DNA of 64,000 bases from Bacillales bacterium UBA1737 (GTDB lineage: Bacteria > Bacillota_I > Bacilli_A > ML615J-28 > CAG-313): assembly GCA_002315915.1 (NCBI GenBank), contig DCIB01000009.1, positions 47,529 to 111,528 of the forward strand, read 5' to 3'. The notes beneath the pieces are model-generated. The model saw nothing but the letters and a program-made list of their open reading frames with translations, made no database searches and had not been told where the DNA came from. Of this stretch, positions 24,471 through 34,913 are shown in pieces (positions within the stretch are counted from its first letter, which is position 1; each line of letters begins with the position of its first letter). The position numbers and the translations under genes were made by a program.

Positions 24471-25775
24471 ATGATTAGTACTATTATTATTGCAGTTATA
24501 ACTGCAATCTTACTTATTTTATCGATATTATTATTACCAAAGATTAGAATATTTAAATTAAATATATCTACATATTGGATTGTTGCGTTGATAGGGGCAA
24601 TACTTATGATGTTATTTGGAGATACATCATTAAATGATTTTATTAGTATTGCAGTATCATCTGATGAATCTAATCCTATAAAGATATTAATATTATTCTT
24701 TTCAATGACATTTTTATCAATATTCTTAGATGAAGTTGGTTTATTTAGTTATCTAGCTAAAAAAGCTGTAAGTTTAGTTAAGAATAAACAAATAGTTTTA
24801 TTCTTAATAATCTATTTTATGGTAGCTATACTTACTATATTTACATCTAACGATATAGTAATACTTACATTTACTCCTTTTATTTGCTATTTCACTAAAG
24901 CATCAAATATTAATCCAATACCATATTTAGTTGGAGAATTTGTATCTGCAAATACATGGAGTATGATGTTATTAATAGGTAATCCTACAAATATTTATTT
25001 ATCACTTTCTGCTTCAATCAATTTTATCAATTATTTTAAAGTAATGAGTATTCCTACAATAATAGCTGGTATTGTACAAATAGTTGTTTTACTTATTATA
25101 TTTAATAAATACTTAAAAGAAGATCTTCATCCTTCTGAATATGGAATAAAAAAATTAAATAAGTTAGATTTATGTATTGGTTTATTTTGTTTAATAGGTT
25201 GTCTAATATTACTTATAATTTCTAATATAATTGGACTTGAAATGTATATATTTAGTTTATCTTTTATGATTTTGTTATTTATATACATAATAATATCTTC
25301 TATTATTAGAAAAAATCATTTTATATTATTTAAAAATACATTAAAAAGATTACCATATGAATTAATACCTTTTGTTTTAGGTATGGAAATAATTGTACTA
25401 GGAATAACTAATTCTGGTATATTAAATAACATATCTACTTTATTTGGTGATTCTAATGTAATATTTAATTATGGAATATCATCTTGTTTAATGTGCAATA
25501 TAATAAATAATATTCCAATGTCCATTCTTTATTCATCCTTATGTAATGTATCTATTAATACTATATATTATTTAAAATGTGTTTATTCATCTATTATAGG
25601 TAGTAATATAGGAGCATTTATTACTCCACTTGGTGCTTTAGCTGGTATTATGTTTACAAATTTATTAGATCGATATAATGTTAAATATGGTTTTAGTAAA
25701 TTTATTAAATATGGAATAATTGTAGCAATTCCAACACTTTTCACTGCTTTATTAGTTTTATCAATAATTTTATAA
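24471..25775 (+). CDS. Polytopic permease (434 aa, ~11 TM), ArsB/NhaD/CitMHS-type anion permease superfamily-like
   Basis: Highly hydrophobic. The IGNPTNIY motif is reminiscent of ArsB/NhaD permeases. Confidence 0.45.
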   Translation: MISTIIIAVITAILLILSILLLPKIRIFKLNISTYWIVALIGAILMMLFGDTSLNDFISIAVSSDESNPIKILILFFSMTFLSIFLDEVGLFSYLAKKAVSLVKNKQIVLFLIIYFMVAILTIFTSNDIVILTFTPFICYFTKASNINPIPYLVGEFVSANTWSMMLLIGNPTNIYLSLSASINFINYFKVMSIPTIIAGIVQIVVLLIIFNKYLKEDLHPSEYGIKKLNKLDLCIGLFCLIGCLILLIISNIIGLEMYIFSLSFMILLFIYIIISSIIRKNHFILFKNTLKRLPYELIPFVLGMEIIVLGITNSGILNNISTLFGDSNVIFNYGISSCLMCNIINNIPMSILYSSLCNVSINTIYYLKCVYSSIIGSNIGAFITPLGALAGIMFTNLLDRYNVKYGFSKFIKYGIIVAIPTLFTALLVLSIIL

Positions 25776-25855
25776 AGTATCATGATTAAAATCATGATAC
25801 TTTTTTAATTAATAAATTATATAATAATAATGTATTAATAATTTTAGGAGTTTAT

Positions 25856-27259
25856 ATGAATAAAAAATTAAAATTTAATAACTACTTAGGTTATGGACTT
25901 TGTGACTTAGGTAATAATTTAGGATTTTCATGTATATCAGCTTTTCTTACTGTGTTTTATTCTGATGTAATTGGAAAAAACTTTTCTAAAGAAGAATCTG
26001 TTATATGGGGTATTGCAACATCAGTAATATTAATTGTTGCACGTATATGGGATGGTATAAATGATCCTATGATGGGAATGATAGTACAACGTCATAAACC
26101 TTCTAAACTTGGTAAATTTAGACCATTTATTATTTATGGTGGAATACCTCTTGCATTAGTTATAATTGTAATGTTTATTCCATTTCAAAATTTAGGTTTA
26201 GTTGGTGCTATAGCATTTACATCCTTAACTTATATTGCATATGGAATGCTTTATACAGTTGTTCTTGTTCCTTATGGATCACTTGCAACTGTTATGACAC
26301 GAGATGAAAATGAAAGAAGTTTATTATCTGTATCAAGAAGTATAGGTGGAGGAATTGGTGGAATTCCTTGTGGAATGTTACTTCCACAAATAGTTTATAC
26401 AGTAATTGATGGAAATAAAATATTTAATGGTGATAAATTCTTTATTTGTGTATGTATTATTGCAGTAATTATTGTAGTATCTTATTTAATAGGATTTACA
26501 CAAGTTAAAGAAAATTATCCATATAATGAAGTAGATACTAACCAAAAAGTTAATTTCTCTCAAACTTTCAAATCAATTATTAAAAATAAACCATTTATTA
26601 TTATGAGTTTACTAGGAATGCTTTTAATTGCATCTAGTATGTTTATGAATAGTATGTATACATACATCTTTAAAGAAAATTATGAAGATGGTGGATTAAT
26701 GACATTTGTTACTATTGCAACATATATTCCTATGCTTATATGTATTCCACTAAGTGGTATGATATTTAAAAAAATTGGTAAAAAAGAATTTATGGTACCA
26801 TCTTTAATTATAGCTACTATTGCATCTTTAGTTATGTATTTATGGAAAATAGATAATCCATGGATTTTCTTAATATTTGTTGCATTACAAGGAGTAGGAG
26901 TTGCTTTTATAACACTTGAAATATGGGCTCTTGCAATGGATGTAATAGATTATCAAGAATTATTAACTGGTAAAAGAGAAGAAGCTCCAAGTTATGCATT
27001 ATTTACATTTATGCGTAAGATTGGTCAAGCATTAGCAGCTTTTGTTCCAGCAATTGTTTCATTATGTGGTTATGTTGCAGCAGATACTGGTCATTTATCA
27101 GATACAGTAAAATCTAATCTATATAATAGTGGAACTCTAATTCCTTTTATAATATTTGCTATAATGACTGTATTAATTTGTTTATATCCATTATCTAAAG
27201 ATAAATATATTGAAATGAAGAAAAAACTTGCTATTCAAAGAGGTGATGTTAATGAGTAA
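25856..27259 (+). CDS. MFS transporter, glycoside-pentoside-hexuronide (GPH) cation symporter family
   Basis: N-terminal GPH-like GYGLCDLGNNLGFSCISAFLTVFYSDVIG and 12-TM topology. 467 aa. Confidence 0.65.
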   Translation: MNKKLKFNNYLGYGLCDLGNNLGFSCISAFLTVFYSDVIGKNFSKEESVIWGIATSVILIVARIWDGINDPMMGMIVQRHKPSKLGKFRPFIIYGGIPLALVIIVMFIPFQNLGLVGAIAFTSLTYIAYGMLYTVVLVPYGSLATVMTRDENERSLLSVSRSIGGGIGGIPCGMLLPQIVYTVIDGNKIFNGDKFFICVCIIAVIIVVSYLIGFTQVKENYPYNEVDTNQKVNFSQTFKSIIKNKPFIIMSLLGMLLIASSMFMNSMYTYIFKENYEDGGLMTFVTIATYIPMLICIPLSGMIFKKIGKKEFMVPSLIIATIASLVMYLWKIDNPWIFLIFVALQGVGVAFITLEIWALAMDVIDYQELLTGKREEAPSYALFTFMRKIGQALAAFVPAIVSLCGYVAADTGHLSDTVKSNLYNSGTLIPFIIFAIMTVLICLYPLSKDKYIEMKKKLAIQRGDVNE

Positions 27260-28679
27260 AAAACCTAACCTAATTTTTATATTTGCAGATCAACTTGCAT
27301 ATAATAGATTAGGATATAATGGTGATAAAGTATCTTTAACACCATTTATAGACTCATTATCTAAAAATAGTTTAGTAGTAGATAACTGTGTATCAGGTCA
27401 TCCTGTATGTGCTCCATACAGAGCAAGCTTACTTACTGGTAAATATACAACATCTACTGGTATGGTTATTAATGAAATAAGATTATCTACTAAACATAAA
27501 TCTATTGCTCATGTATTAAATGATGAAGGTTATCATACATCATATATGGGGAAATGGCATTTATATGCAGCACAACTAGGACATCATTATGATCCAAAAA
27601 ATTCTTATATTCCTGTAGGAGATAATAGACTAGGGTTTAGTGACTTTATAGGATATAATTTCCATCATGAATATTATGCACCAAACGCATATTATCACTT
27701 AGATACTCCAGAAAAGCATTTTGTAGATGGATATGAACCAGATGTACAAGTATCAATGGCACTTGATACTTTAAAGAATTTAAAAGAAGAAAATAAACCA
27801 TTTGCTTTCTTCTTAAGCATTGGTACACCTCATGATCCATGGATTAAAGAAAATGTACCAGAAGAATATTATAACAAATTCAAAGATGTTAAAATAAATC
27901 TTCCAGAAAACTATTTACCATATAATGATTATCATGCAGATTTATGGGCTAAATTAAAGAAAAAAGAAAGAATTGAATTACCTGAATGGATAAGATGTTA
28001 TTATGCTATGGTAAATAATTTAGATGATAACATTAAACGTTTATATGAAGGTATAGAAAAATTAGATTTATTTAAAGATTCTGTAGTTGTATTTACATCA
28101 GATCATGGTGAATTATTTGGAGCACATGGTAGACGTGCTAAAAATATATTCTATGATGAAGCTGTAAGAGTACCTTTCCTTATCAAATATGATCCACTTA
28201 TTAAAAATGGAAAAACTGATGCAGTATTCAATACTGTTGATATAATGCCAACACTTCTAGGATTATTAGGTATTAATTCACCAAAAGAAGTAGAAGGTAA
28301 AAATAGATTAGATGAATTACTAGGTAAAGTAAAACAAGATGAATATGAAGGATCATTAATGATGTGTTGTGGTCCAACAGCAATTTACGGTAATGGAAGA
28401 GAATGGCGAGCATATAGAACAAAACAATATACTTACGCAATATTTAGATCGGATAGAAAAGAATTACTATTTGATAATATCAATGATCCATTACAAATGC
28501 ATAATTTAGTAAAAGATCCAAATTATAAAGAAATATATAATATATTAAAGTCTAAAATGTATGAAGAAATGAATAGAATTGGTGATGATTTTGAACCAAA
28601 TTCTTTCTATAAACATCATTGGATTAAAAATAGATTAATTAAGGATTATTTACCTAGAAGATCTGAACTTCATAAATAA
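27252..28679 (+). CDS. Cys-type sulfatase (arylsulfatase-family)
   Basis: Sulfatase signature CAPYRASLLTGKY (C-x-P-x-R) and N-terminal LIFIFADQL. The RBS AGAGGTG precedes the ATG at 27252. Overlaps the end of the GPH gene. Confidence 0.75.
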   Translation: MSKKPNLIFIFADQLAYNRLGYNGDKVSLTPFIDSLSKNSLVVDNCVSGHPVCAPYRASLLTGKYTTSTGMVINEIRLSTKHKSIAHVLNDEGYHTSYMGKWHLYAAQLGHHYDPKNSYIPVGDNRLGFSDFIGYNFHHEYYAPNAYYHLDTPEKHFVDGYEPDVQVSMALDTLKNLKEENKPFAFFLSIGTPHDPWIKENVPEEYYNKFKDVKINLPENYLPYNDYHADLWAKLKKKERIELPEWIRCYYAMVNNLDDNIKRLYEGIEKLDLFKDSVVVFTSDHGELFGAHGRRAKNIFYDEAVRVPFLIKYDPLIKNGKTDAVFNTVDIMPTLLGLLGINSPKEVEGKNRLDELLGKVKQDEYEGSLMMCCGPTAIYGNGREWRAYRTKQYTYAIFRSDRKELLFDNINDPLQMHNLVKDPNYKEIYNILKSKMYEEMNRIGDDFEPNSFYKHHWIKNRLIKDYLPRRSELHK

Positions 28680-28791
28680 CATAATTCCCATTGTATAACA
28701 ATGGGAATTATGTTATTTTGAAACATTTTTCAATTTATTTGATATAATAAAAGTGCATTTAAATATTATCAACAAGAAAGGACTAAAAATT

Positions 28792-29445
28792 ATGTTAGAT
28801 ATTTTAATGGGTGTATTTGATTTAGTGCCTGTTGTGGCATTTTTAATTGCCTCTATTATATTTCAAAGATGTTTATATAATAAGATGAGCAAAGGCGCTT
28901 TTGCGTTATATTCTGGTGGAACAATTGTTGTTTTTGTTGCTGGATTCTTTAAAGCTTTACATAAAATATTATATTATGCAGCTGGAATTGAAATTGAAGT
29001 ATTCTTTACAAGTTTCTTCTTTGTACAAACAATGGGATTTACTTTAGAAGCTATTGGATTAATTGCATTATTATTCCATAAACAAGGTGCAAATAAAGCT
29101 TATGCATTTGTAGGTTTATTACCAATATTATTACTTACTGCTTCTGCAGTAAAAGTTAATCCTACAATGATATTTGTAGTATTTATGGTACTTGGTGTAT
29201 TAGTTAATACTGTTTCTTATTCAGTAATGGCATGCAAATTAAATAAAAAGATTATTCTTTTACCTTTAATAATTTCATTTGTATTTACACTTGGAATGGG
29301 ATATTTATCAACTAAAGATGGTATGTCTGATTGGGTTAAAGAATTTGTTAATACTGTTGGACAAGGAGCTCTATTATTATCTGCTTGGTTATTAAAGAAA
29401 AATGGCCTTGCAAAAGAAGATGTTAATCTTACTTTAGTAAAATAA
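28792..29445 (+). CDS. Integral membrane protein of unknown function (~217 aa from ATG 28792)
   Basis: Multiple TM helices. AAAGGA RBS before ATG 28792. Confidence 0.45.
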   Translation: MLDILMGVFDLVPVVAFLIASIIFQRCLYNKMSKGAFALYSGGTIVVFVAGFFKALHKILYYAAGIEIEVFFTSFFFVQTMGFTLEAIGLIALLFHKQGANKAYAFVGLLPILLLTASAVKVNPTMIFVVFMVLGVLVNTVSYSVMACKLNKKIILLPLIISFVFTLGMGYLSTKDGMSDWVKEFVNTVGQGALLLSAWLLKKNGLAKEDVNLTLVK

Positions 29446-29493
29446 TCTTTAAAATACCTCAATTTTGAGGTATTTTTTAATTTATAATCGTCA

Positions 29494-29537
29494 TAATATC
29501 TAGAAGTAGTGACATTTTTGTCATAACTTCTAGATAT
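29494..29537. promoter_or_regulatory. 44-bp nested palindrome TAATATCTAGAAGTAGTGACATTTTTGTCATAACTTCTAGATAT, copy 1. Outer arms ATATCTAGAAGT/ACTTCTAGATAT, inner TGACA-N5-TGTCA
   Basis: Read directly. Identical copy at 29579-29622. The two copies bracket a TTGATT-N16/17-TATAAT promoter. Confidence 0.65.
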
Positions 29538-29578
29538 TTTTATCAAAAATATTGATTAAATTAATAAATCTTGTATAA

Positions 29579-29622
29579 TAATATCTAGAAGTAGTGACAT
29601 TTTTGTCATAACTTCTAGATAT
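29579..29622. promoter_or_regulatory. 44-bp nested palindrome, copy 2. Overlaps the -10 TATAAT (29574-29579) and the transcript start region of the AAA ATPase gene
   Basis: Exact duplicate of 29494-29537. RBS GAGGAAAA and ATG 29638 follow. Confidence 0.65.
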
Positions 29623-29637
29623 TGTGAGGAAAACAAT

Positions 29638-30912
29638 ATGATAAATCGAGATGAATACGTTAAAAAAATAGTAAATTCAATGTGGGATGGAAATGTAAAA
29701 GTTATTACAGGTCTTAGAAGATCTGGAAAATCAACATTACTATTTGAATTATTTTATAATTATCTTATGTTAATGGGAGTTCTTCCAGAAAATATCATAA
29801 AAATAGAATTAGATAAAATATCATATTTAAAATATCGTAATCCAATATTATTAAATGAATTTGTTACTAACACTATACAAAATAAAGTTGAAAAATATTA
29901 TTTATTTATAGATGAAGTTCAACTTTCAAAAAAAACAGTTCTAAAAAATGAATATGATGAAAATGAAATATCTATATATGATATGTTAAATGAATTAAAA
30001 GGATATAAAAACTTAGATGTTTATGTTACTGGAAGCAATTCTAAAATGTTATCAAGTGATATCGCAACAGAATTTAGAGGAAGATCTACTCAAATTCATG
30101 TTTTTCCATTATCTTTTAGTGAATACTATTCATATTATGGTGGTAATGAAAAAGAAGCTTTAGATGATTATATGTTATTTGGTGGAATGCCTGGATTAAT
30201 AAATAAAAAAACTCCTGTAGATAAGATGGAATATTTAGATGATTTATTTAAAGAAACATATCTTAAAGATTTAAAAGAACATGGCAGAATACAAAGAGAA
30301 GATATTTTAGCTAATATTTTAGATTATTTATCATCATCAATTAGTTCTTTAACTAATTCTAAAAACGTATCTAATGTTCTAAGTAATTCAATGCATGAGA
30401 ATATCGATTCTAATTTAGTTAATTCATATATTGAAAAATTAAAAGATTCTTTTTTAATTAGCGAAGTAAAGAGATTCGATATTAAAGGTAAAACTTATTT
30501 TACCTATCCAAATAAATATTATTTTACTGATTTAGGATTAAGAAATTCAAGACTTAATTATAGACAATTTGATTACGGACATATAATGGAAAACATTATA
30601 TATAATGAATTAATAAAAAGAGGTTATAAAGTTGATGTTGGAGTTGTCTATGATAGACGAAATGGAAACAATATATCTAAAGAAATTGATTTTATTGTAA
30701 ATGATTTCGATAAGAAAATTTATATTCAAAGTAGTTATGAAATAAATAATGATGAAAAACTAAATAGTGAATTAGATTCATTATTGCTAACAAAGGATTT
30801 CTATAAAAAAGTAATAATAAGAACTGATATTAAGTATAGTTTCTATGATGATAAAGGATTTTTCCATTGTAATATAATTGATTTTCTATTAAATAGAATT
30901 AATTTGTTTTAA
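29638..30912 (+). CDS. AAA+ ATPase of the AAA_14/DUF4143 type (ATP-binding protein with a C-terminal restriction-endonuclease-like domain)
   Basis: Walker A GLRRSGKST, Walker B LFIDEVQ, C-terminal EIDFIVND...IYIQSSYEI. 424 aa. Confidence 0.6.
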   Translation: MINRDEYVKKIVNSMWDGNVKVITGLRRSGKSTLLFELFYNYLMLMGVLPENIIKIELDKISYLKYRNPILLNEFVTNTIQNKVEKYYLFIDEVQLSKKTVLKNEYDENEISIYDMLNELKGYKNLDVYVTGSNSKMLSSDIATEFRGRSTQIHVFPLSFSEYYSYYGGNEKEALDDYMLFGGMPGLINKKTPVDKMEYLDDLFKETYLKDLKEHGRIQREDILANILDYLSSSISSLTNSKNVSNVLSNSMHENIDSNLVNSYIEKLKDSFLISEVKRFDIKGKTYFTYPNKYYFTDLGLRNSRLNYRQFDYGHIMENIIYNELIKRGYKVDVGVVYDRRNGNNISKEIDFIVNDFDKKIYIQSSYEINNDEKLNSELDSLLLTKDFYKKVIIRTDIKYSFYDDKGFFHCNIIDFLLNRINLF

Positions 30913-31076
30913 ATTATTTAATAAATATATTATTGTGAGGTAACTTAAAGCTACTATTACATATGATTATCATGAATAAAGACTTCATAAATGAAGTCTT
31001 TATTTCTTTTAAGCATGCTCTATGAATATAATTATCTATTTTGATATAATTGTTAAAGATAAAAAGAGGATATAAT

Positions 31077-32453
31077 ATGTTTAAAAAGTATATTGGAAAC
31101 AAAGCATTTTATAAACAAGTATTTACAATTATTATTCCGATAATGCTTCAACAATTATTCTTAAGTATTGCTGGATATGTTGATTCTATAATGATTAATA
31201 GTTATGGGGATACTGCTGCTGCATATAATGGAGTATCCGCTGCTAATAGATTAATATTTATCTTAAATTTCTTTTGGTTTGGACTATGTTGTGCAGTAAA
31301 TATATTTACAGCACAATTCTATGGGGCAAAAAATCCAACTAAAGTTAAAGAAACAATTAGATTATCTTCTTATATTACTGTAACATTTGGAATAATTGGA
31401 TTTATCGTAATAACTTTATTTGGTAATAAAATTGTCGATACATTTATAATTGATCCTACTGCTAGACAATATGGATATGATTATATTGCTGCAATTAGAT
31501 ATGCAACAGTATTTATTTCTATAAATTATACTTTTGCAACATCATATAGATGTATAGAAAAGCCAAAATTACCACTTATAGTTGGTACTATAGGTATATT
31601 AGTAAATGTATTTTTTAACTGGTGTTTAATTTTTGGTAATCTAGGTTTTGAAGCCATGGGTGCACGTGGTGCAGCCATTGCAACAGTTATATCAAAAATA
31701 GTAGAATCTATACTTTATATATTAAGTGTTATTTTAAGCAAAAATGAATATACTAAAAATATATTTGAATCATTTAAGATATCTAAAGAATTATTAATAG
31801 ATTGTGCAAAAAGAGGAACACCTGTTGCACTTAATGAATTATTATTTTCAATAGGTATGGTAATATTAGCAAGGTTTTATACTTATGAAAATGATTTATG
31901 GTATAACGCTTATGCATATACACAAAATATAAATGATTTATTCTTTGTAGTATTTGCTGGACTTGGAAATGGTTGTGGTATTATTATAGGTGCTACACTT
32001 GGTGAAGGAAAGTTCGAAGAAGCTCAAAAACAATACTTTTATTTTAAGGGGTTAGGTATTGTCATGGGATTTACTGTAGGTATGTTATTATTATTTACAT
32101 CACCACTTACTGCTAGAATGTTTACTCAAGATGAAGATACAATAAAGATAATGTGTAAGATAATGTCAATAACAGGAATATTTACAGCTATTTATTGTTA
32201 TAATGCTGTTAACTTCTTTACATTAAGAGCAGGTGGAGATTCATATAGAGCTGTAGCATTAGATCAAGCACCATCATATTTAGTAGGTATACCTATTACT
32301 ATAGTATTAGGAATAAATGCAGTTAATTGGGGACTAACAATTGTTGAAATATATCTTGCATCTCATGCGTTAGATATAGTTAAAATGGTATTAGGCGATT
32401 TCTTTATTAAACAAAAGAAATGGTTAAAAAATCTAACAATAGAAAATAAATAA
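31077..32453 (+). CDS. MATE-family efflux transporter
   Basis: 12-TM protein with the typical MATE N-terminus (KQVFTIIIPIMLQQLFLSIAGYVDSIMI). RBS AAGAGGA before ATG 31077. Confidence 0.65.
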   Translation: MFKKYIGNKAFYKQVFTIIIPIMLQQLFLSIAGYVDSIMINSYGDTAAAYNGVSAANRLIFILNFFWFGLCCAVNIFTAQFYGAKNPTKVKETIRLSSYITVTFGIIGFIVITLFGNKIVDTFIIDPTARQYGYDYIAAIRYATVFISINYTFATSYRCIEKPKLPLIVGTIGILVNVFFNWCLIFGNLGFEAMGARGAAIATVISKIVESILYILSVILSKNEYTKNIFESFKISKELLIDCAKRGTPVALNELLFSIGMVILARFYTYENDLWYNAYAYTQNINDLFFVVFAGLGNGCGIIIGATLGEGKFEEAQKQYFYFKGLGIVMGFTVGMLLLFTSPLTARMFTQDEDTIKIMCKIMSITGIFTAIYCYNAVNFFTLRAGGDSYRAVALDQAPSYLVGIPITIVLGINAVNWGLTIVEIYLASHALDIVKMVLGDFFIKQKKWLKNLTIENK

Positions 32454-32480
32454 TAAAGCTAAGAACTTTCGTTCTTAGCT

Positions 32481-33572
32481 TTATTTATATAAATTATAGT
32501 ATTTCATTACTATATCATTCATTTTATCGATATTATTTTCCATTTCTGTTAATAATTTAAACTGACATCTTGCTCTATCTAGATTATGATTAGTTCTTTG
32601 AATATTGAAATAAACATCACCATCTAAATAATCTGTTAAAAATCTCATACCACATTCATATGTCATCATTAAAGCACCAGTTGATAAATATAATGCTTCT
32701 TCATATGTTATAGAATCTTTTAGGCTTTCAAAATATCCTTTAGTAAATGATTCAAATAAATCTAAATTAAATGTAACCTTATCTAAATTAGTTTCATCTT
32801 CTTTAGCATCATTACATCCAAATCTAATTGAATCTCCAAAATCATAACAAATTGTTCCAGGCATTATAGTATCAAAATCTATTAATGAAAGAGGTAAATT
32901 AGTATCTTTATCAAATAATATATTATTTAATTTTGTATCATTATGAGTTACTTTTAATGGAATTATTTTTTTATCTAATGCATCTACTATTTTAGATGCA
33001 AAATCTTTTCTTTTTTTAACAAATTCTATTTCATCTAATACTTTATCTTTTCTATTTTCTATATCAATACTAACTGAATGCATAAAATTATTATATCTAA
33101 CTATAGTATTATGAAAATTAGGAATAGATTCATACAATGTTGATGCATCAAAATCTTTTAATAATTTTGCAAAATTACCAATAGCTTTTGCAGATTGATA
33201 AAATAATTCTTTATTAGCATTTTGATAACTAATAGAATCTTTTATATATAAATAAACTCTATAATATGATGTTCCATCATAATAGTAGTTTTCTTTTGAT
33301 TTTGTTTGAATAATAGATAATGTTTCTCTATCAGGATTACCATTTTGTTTTATTATTTCTTTTTTAATATATTCAGTTACATTATATACATTTTCCATTA
33401 ATCTTTTAACATCTTTAAATACAAAATGATTAATCTTTTGTAAGACATATTCACAAGAATTAGTTTTACATAAAAAGGTATTGTTAATATGACCTTCTCC
33501 AAATGGTTCATAGGAAATTATATCTTCACTAATATTGAATTTTTTTAATATATTAATTATATTTTCATTCAT
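32481..33572 (-). CDS. Protein-kinase-like phosphotransferase (APH/choline-kinase family). Possibly a sugar or small-molecule kinase
   Basis: Gly-rich loop region YEPFGEGHINNTF, catalytic loop VTHNDTKLNNILF (H-x-D-x4-N), metal-binding IDFDT. 363 aa. Confidence 0.6.
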   Translation of the reverse strand: MNENIINILKKFNISEDIISYEPFGEGHINNTFLCKTNSCEYVLQKINHFVFKDVKRLMENVYNVTEYIKKEIIKQNGNPDRETLSIIQTKSKENYYYDGTSYYRVYLYIKDSISYQNANKELFYQSAKAIGNFAKLLKDFDASTLYESIPNFHNTIVRYNNFMHSVSIDIENRKDKVLDEIEFVKKRKDFASKIVDALDKKIIPLKVTHNDTKLNNILFDKDTNLPLSLIDFDTIMPGTICYDFGDSIRFGCNDAKEDETNLDKVTFNLDLFESFTKGYFESLKDSITYEEALYLSTGALMMTYECGMRFLTDYLDGDVYFNIQRTNHNLDRARCQFKLLTEMENNIDKMNDIVMKYYNLYK

Positions 33573-33576
33573 ATTA

Positions 33577-34101
33577 TTAATCTCTTTCTAATATCTTAAA
33601 AGAATATGGATCATGAAATGTATTCTTTAATGTTGGATATACACTTAATAAGTTTTTATTTATTATTCCGCCTTCAGTTTCTATTCTAAAAGCATTAAAT
33701 AATATATTACTTTTACCATCATAATTTATTACCTTAAAAGGAACAATTATTTTAGTAAAATAATTATTATCTATTATTTGTACACTAGAAAATATTAAAT
33801 CATTTAAATATTTACCACTAAATGTTCCATTTAAATCATTTGTAATATATGAAAACCATCTAGTATTATTTGGTGATACTTCTATTTCATAATAATGATT
33901 TAAATCATTATTTAAACATAAAAATACCTCTACAACATCTCCATTATATAATGGATCATTAAAAATTGATCCAGCATTATATAATTTTGAATCATATGAT
34001 TCAAAATCAAATATAATAGAATCATTAGTAAACGATACATTTAGTTTAGTTAAATATTTTGATTCATTACCTAAAATGTTTTCTTTTAAAATATATTTCA
34101 T
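33577..34101 (-). CDS. CBM9/DOMON-like domain protein (174 aa, no signal peptide), co-transcribed with the downstream kinase
   Basis: DVVEVFLCLNNDLNHYYEIEVSPNN pattern resembles CBM9-like D.VEvF...yyEf.vnp. 4-bp gap to the kinase ORF. Confidence 0.35.
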   Translation of the reverse strand: MKYILKENILGNESKYLTKLNVSFTNDSIIFDFESYDSKLYNAGSIFNDPLYNGDVVEVFLCLNNDLNHYYEIEVSPNNTRWFSYITNDLNGTFSGKYLNDLIFSSVQIIDNNYFTKIIVPFKVINYDGKSNILFNAFRIETEGGIINKNLLSVYPTLKNTFHDPYSFKILERD

Positions 34102-34285
34102 AAATATTAGTCTCTTTTTTAATATTATAGCATAGTAGTTAATTCATTTAAAAGTATTTGTTAGAGATGTTTAATACATAATAATTTATCATTAAATAAT
34201 TAAAACATATTCTTTAATTGTTTAATTGTATTAAATATTAAATAAACTATAATATATTTATAAAACATATTAAGGAGAATTATAT

Positions 34286-34870
34286 ATGCGTGAATATGAT
34301 AAGATGATTCGTGGAGAAGTATATGATCCAATGGATAAAGAATTAGTTGAAATGAAGACAAAAGCTCATAAATTATCTATCGAATATAGTAAGCTTGCAG
34401 AAGATGAACAAAATAAAAGAGAAGAAATATTAAAAGAACTTGTTCCAAAAAGAGGAAAGAATACTTATTTTCAAGGCCCAATTAACTTTGATTATGGTAT
34501 TAATTTAGAAGTTGGAGATAATTTTTATTGTAATTTTAATTTTACAATACTTGATTCTTGTCCTATTAAAATTGGTAATAATGTTATGATTGGACCTAAT
34601 GTATCTATTTATACTGCACTTCATTATTTAGATTATGAAAGACGTAATATTTATTATCATGAAGAATTAGGCTATGATACAGATGATGAATTCTCAAAAG
34701 AAGTTGTAATTGGTGATAATTGTTGGATAGCAGGTAATGTAACAATACTTCCAGGTGTTCATATTGGAGATGGATGTGTTATAGGAGCAGGATCAGTTGT
34801 TACTCATGATATTGAATGTAATACGCTTTCATACGGTAATCCTTGCCAAATTGCTCGAAAACTAAAGTAA
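34286..34870 (+). CDS. maa: Maltose/galactoside O-acetyltransferase (hexapeptide-repeat, Maa/LacA-like)
   Basis: N-terminal MREYDKMIRGEVYDP and left-handed beta-helix hexapeptide repeats (IGNNVMIGPNVSI...IGDNCWIAGNVTILPGVHIGDGCVIGAGSVV). Confidence 0.7.
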   Translation: MREYDKMIRGEVYDPMDKELVEMKTKAHKLSIEYSKLAEDEQNKREEILKELVPKRGKNTYFQGPINFDYGINLEVGDNFYCNFNFTILDSCPIKIGNNVMIGPNVSIYTALHYLDYERRNIYYHEELGYDTDDEFSKEVVIGDNCWIAGNVTILPGVHIGDGCVIGAGSVVTHDIECNTLSYGNPCQIARKLK

Positions 34871-34913
34871 AAAGAATGTATAATATAATTGTAAAAAGAA
34901 AAAGAGGTAGATT

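Noticed and set aside
29494-29622. The duplicated 44-bp palindrome considered as a mini CRISPR or MITE
   Set aside because: Only two copies, separated by a promoter rather than a spacer of foreign origin. There are no terminal inverted repeats plus target-site duplication typical of MITEs. It is positioned exactly over the -10 and +1 of a gene.
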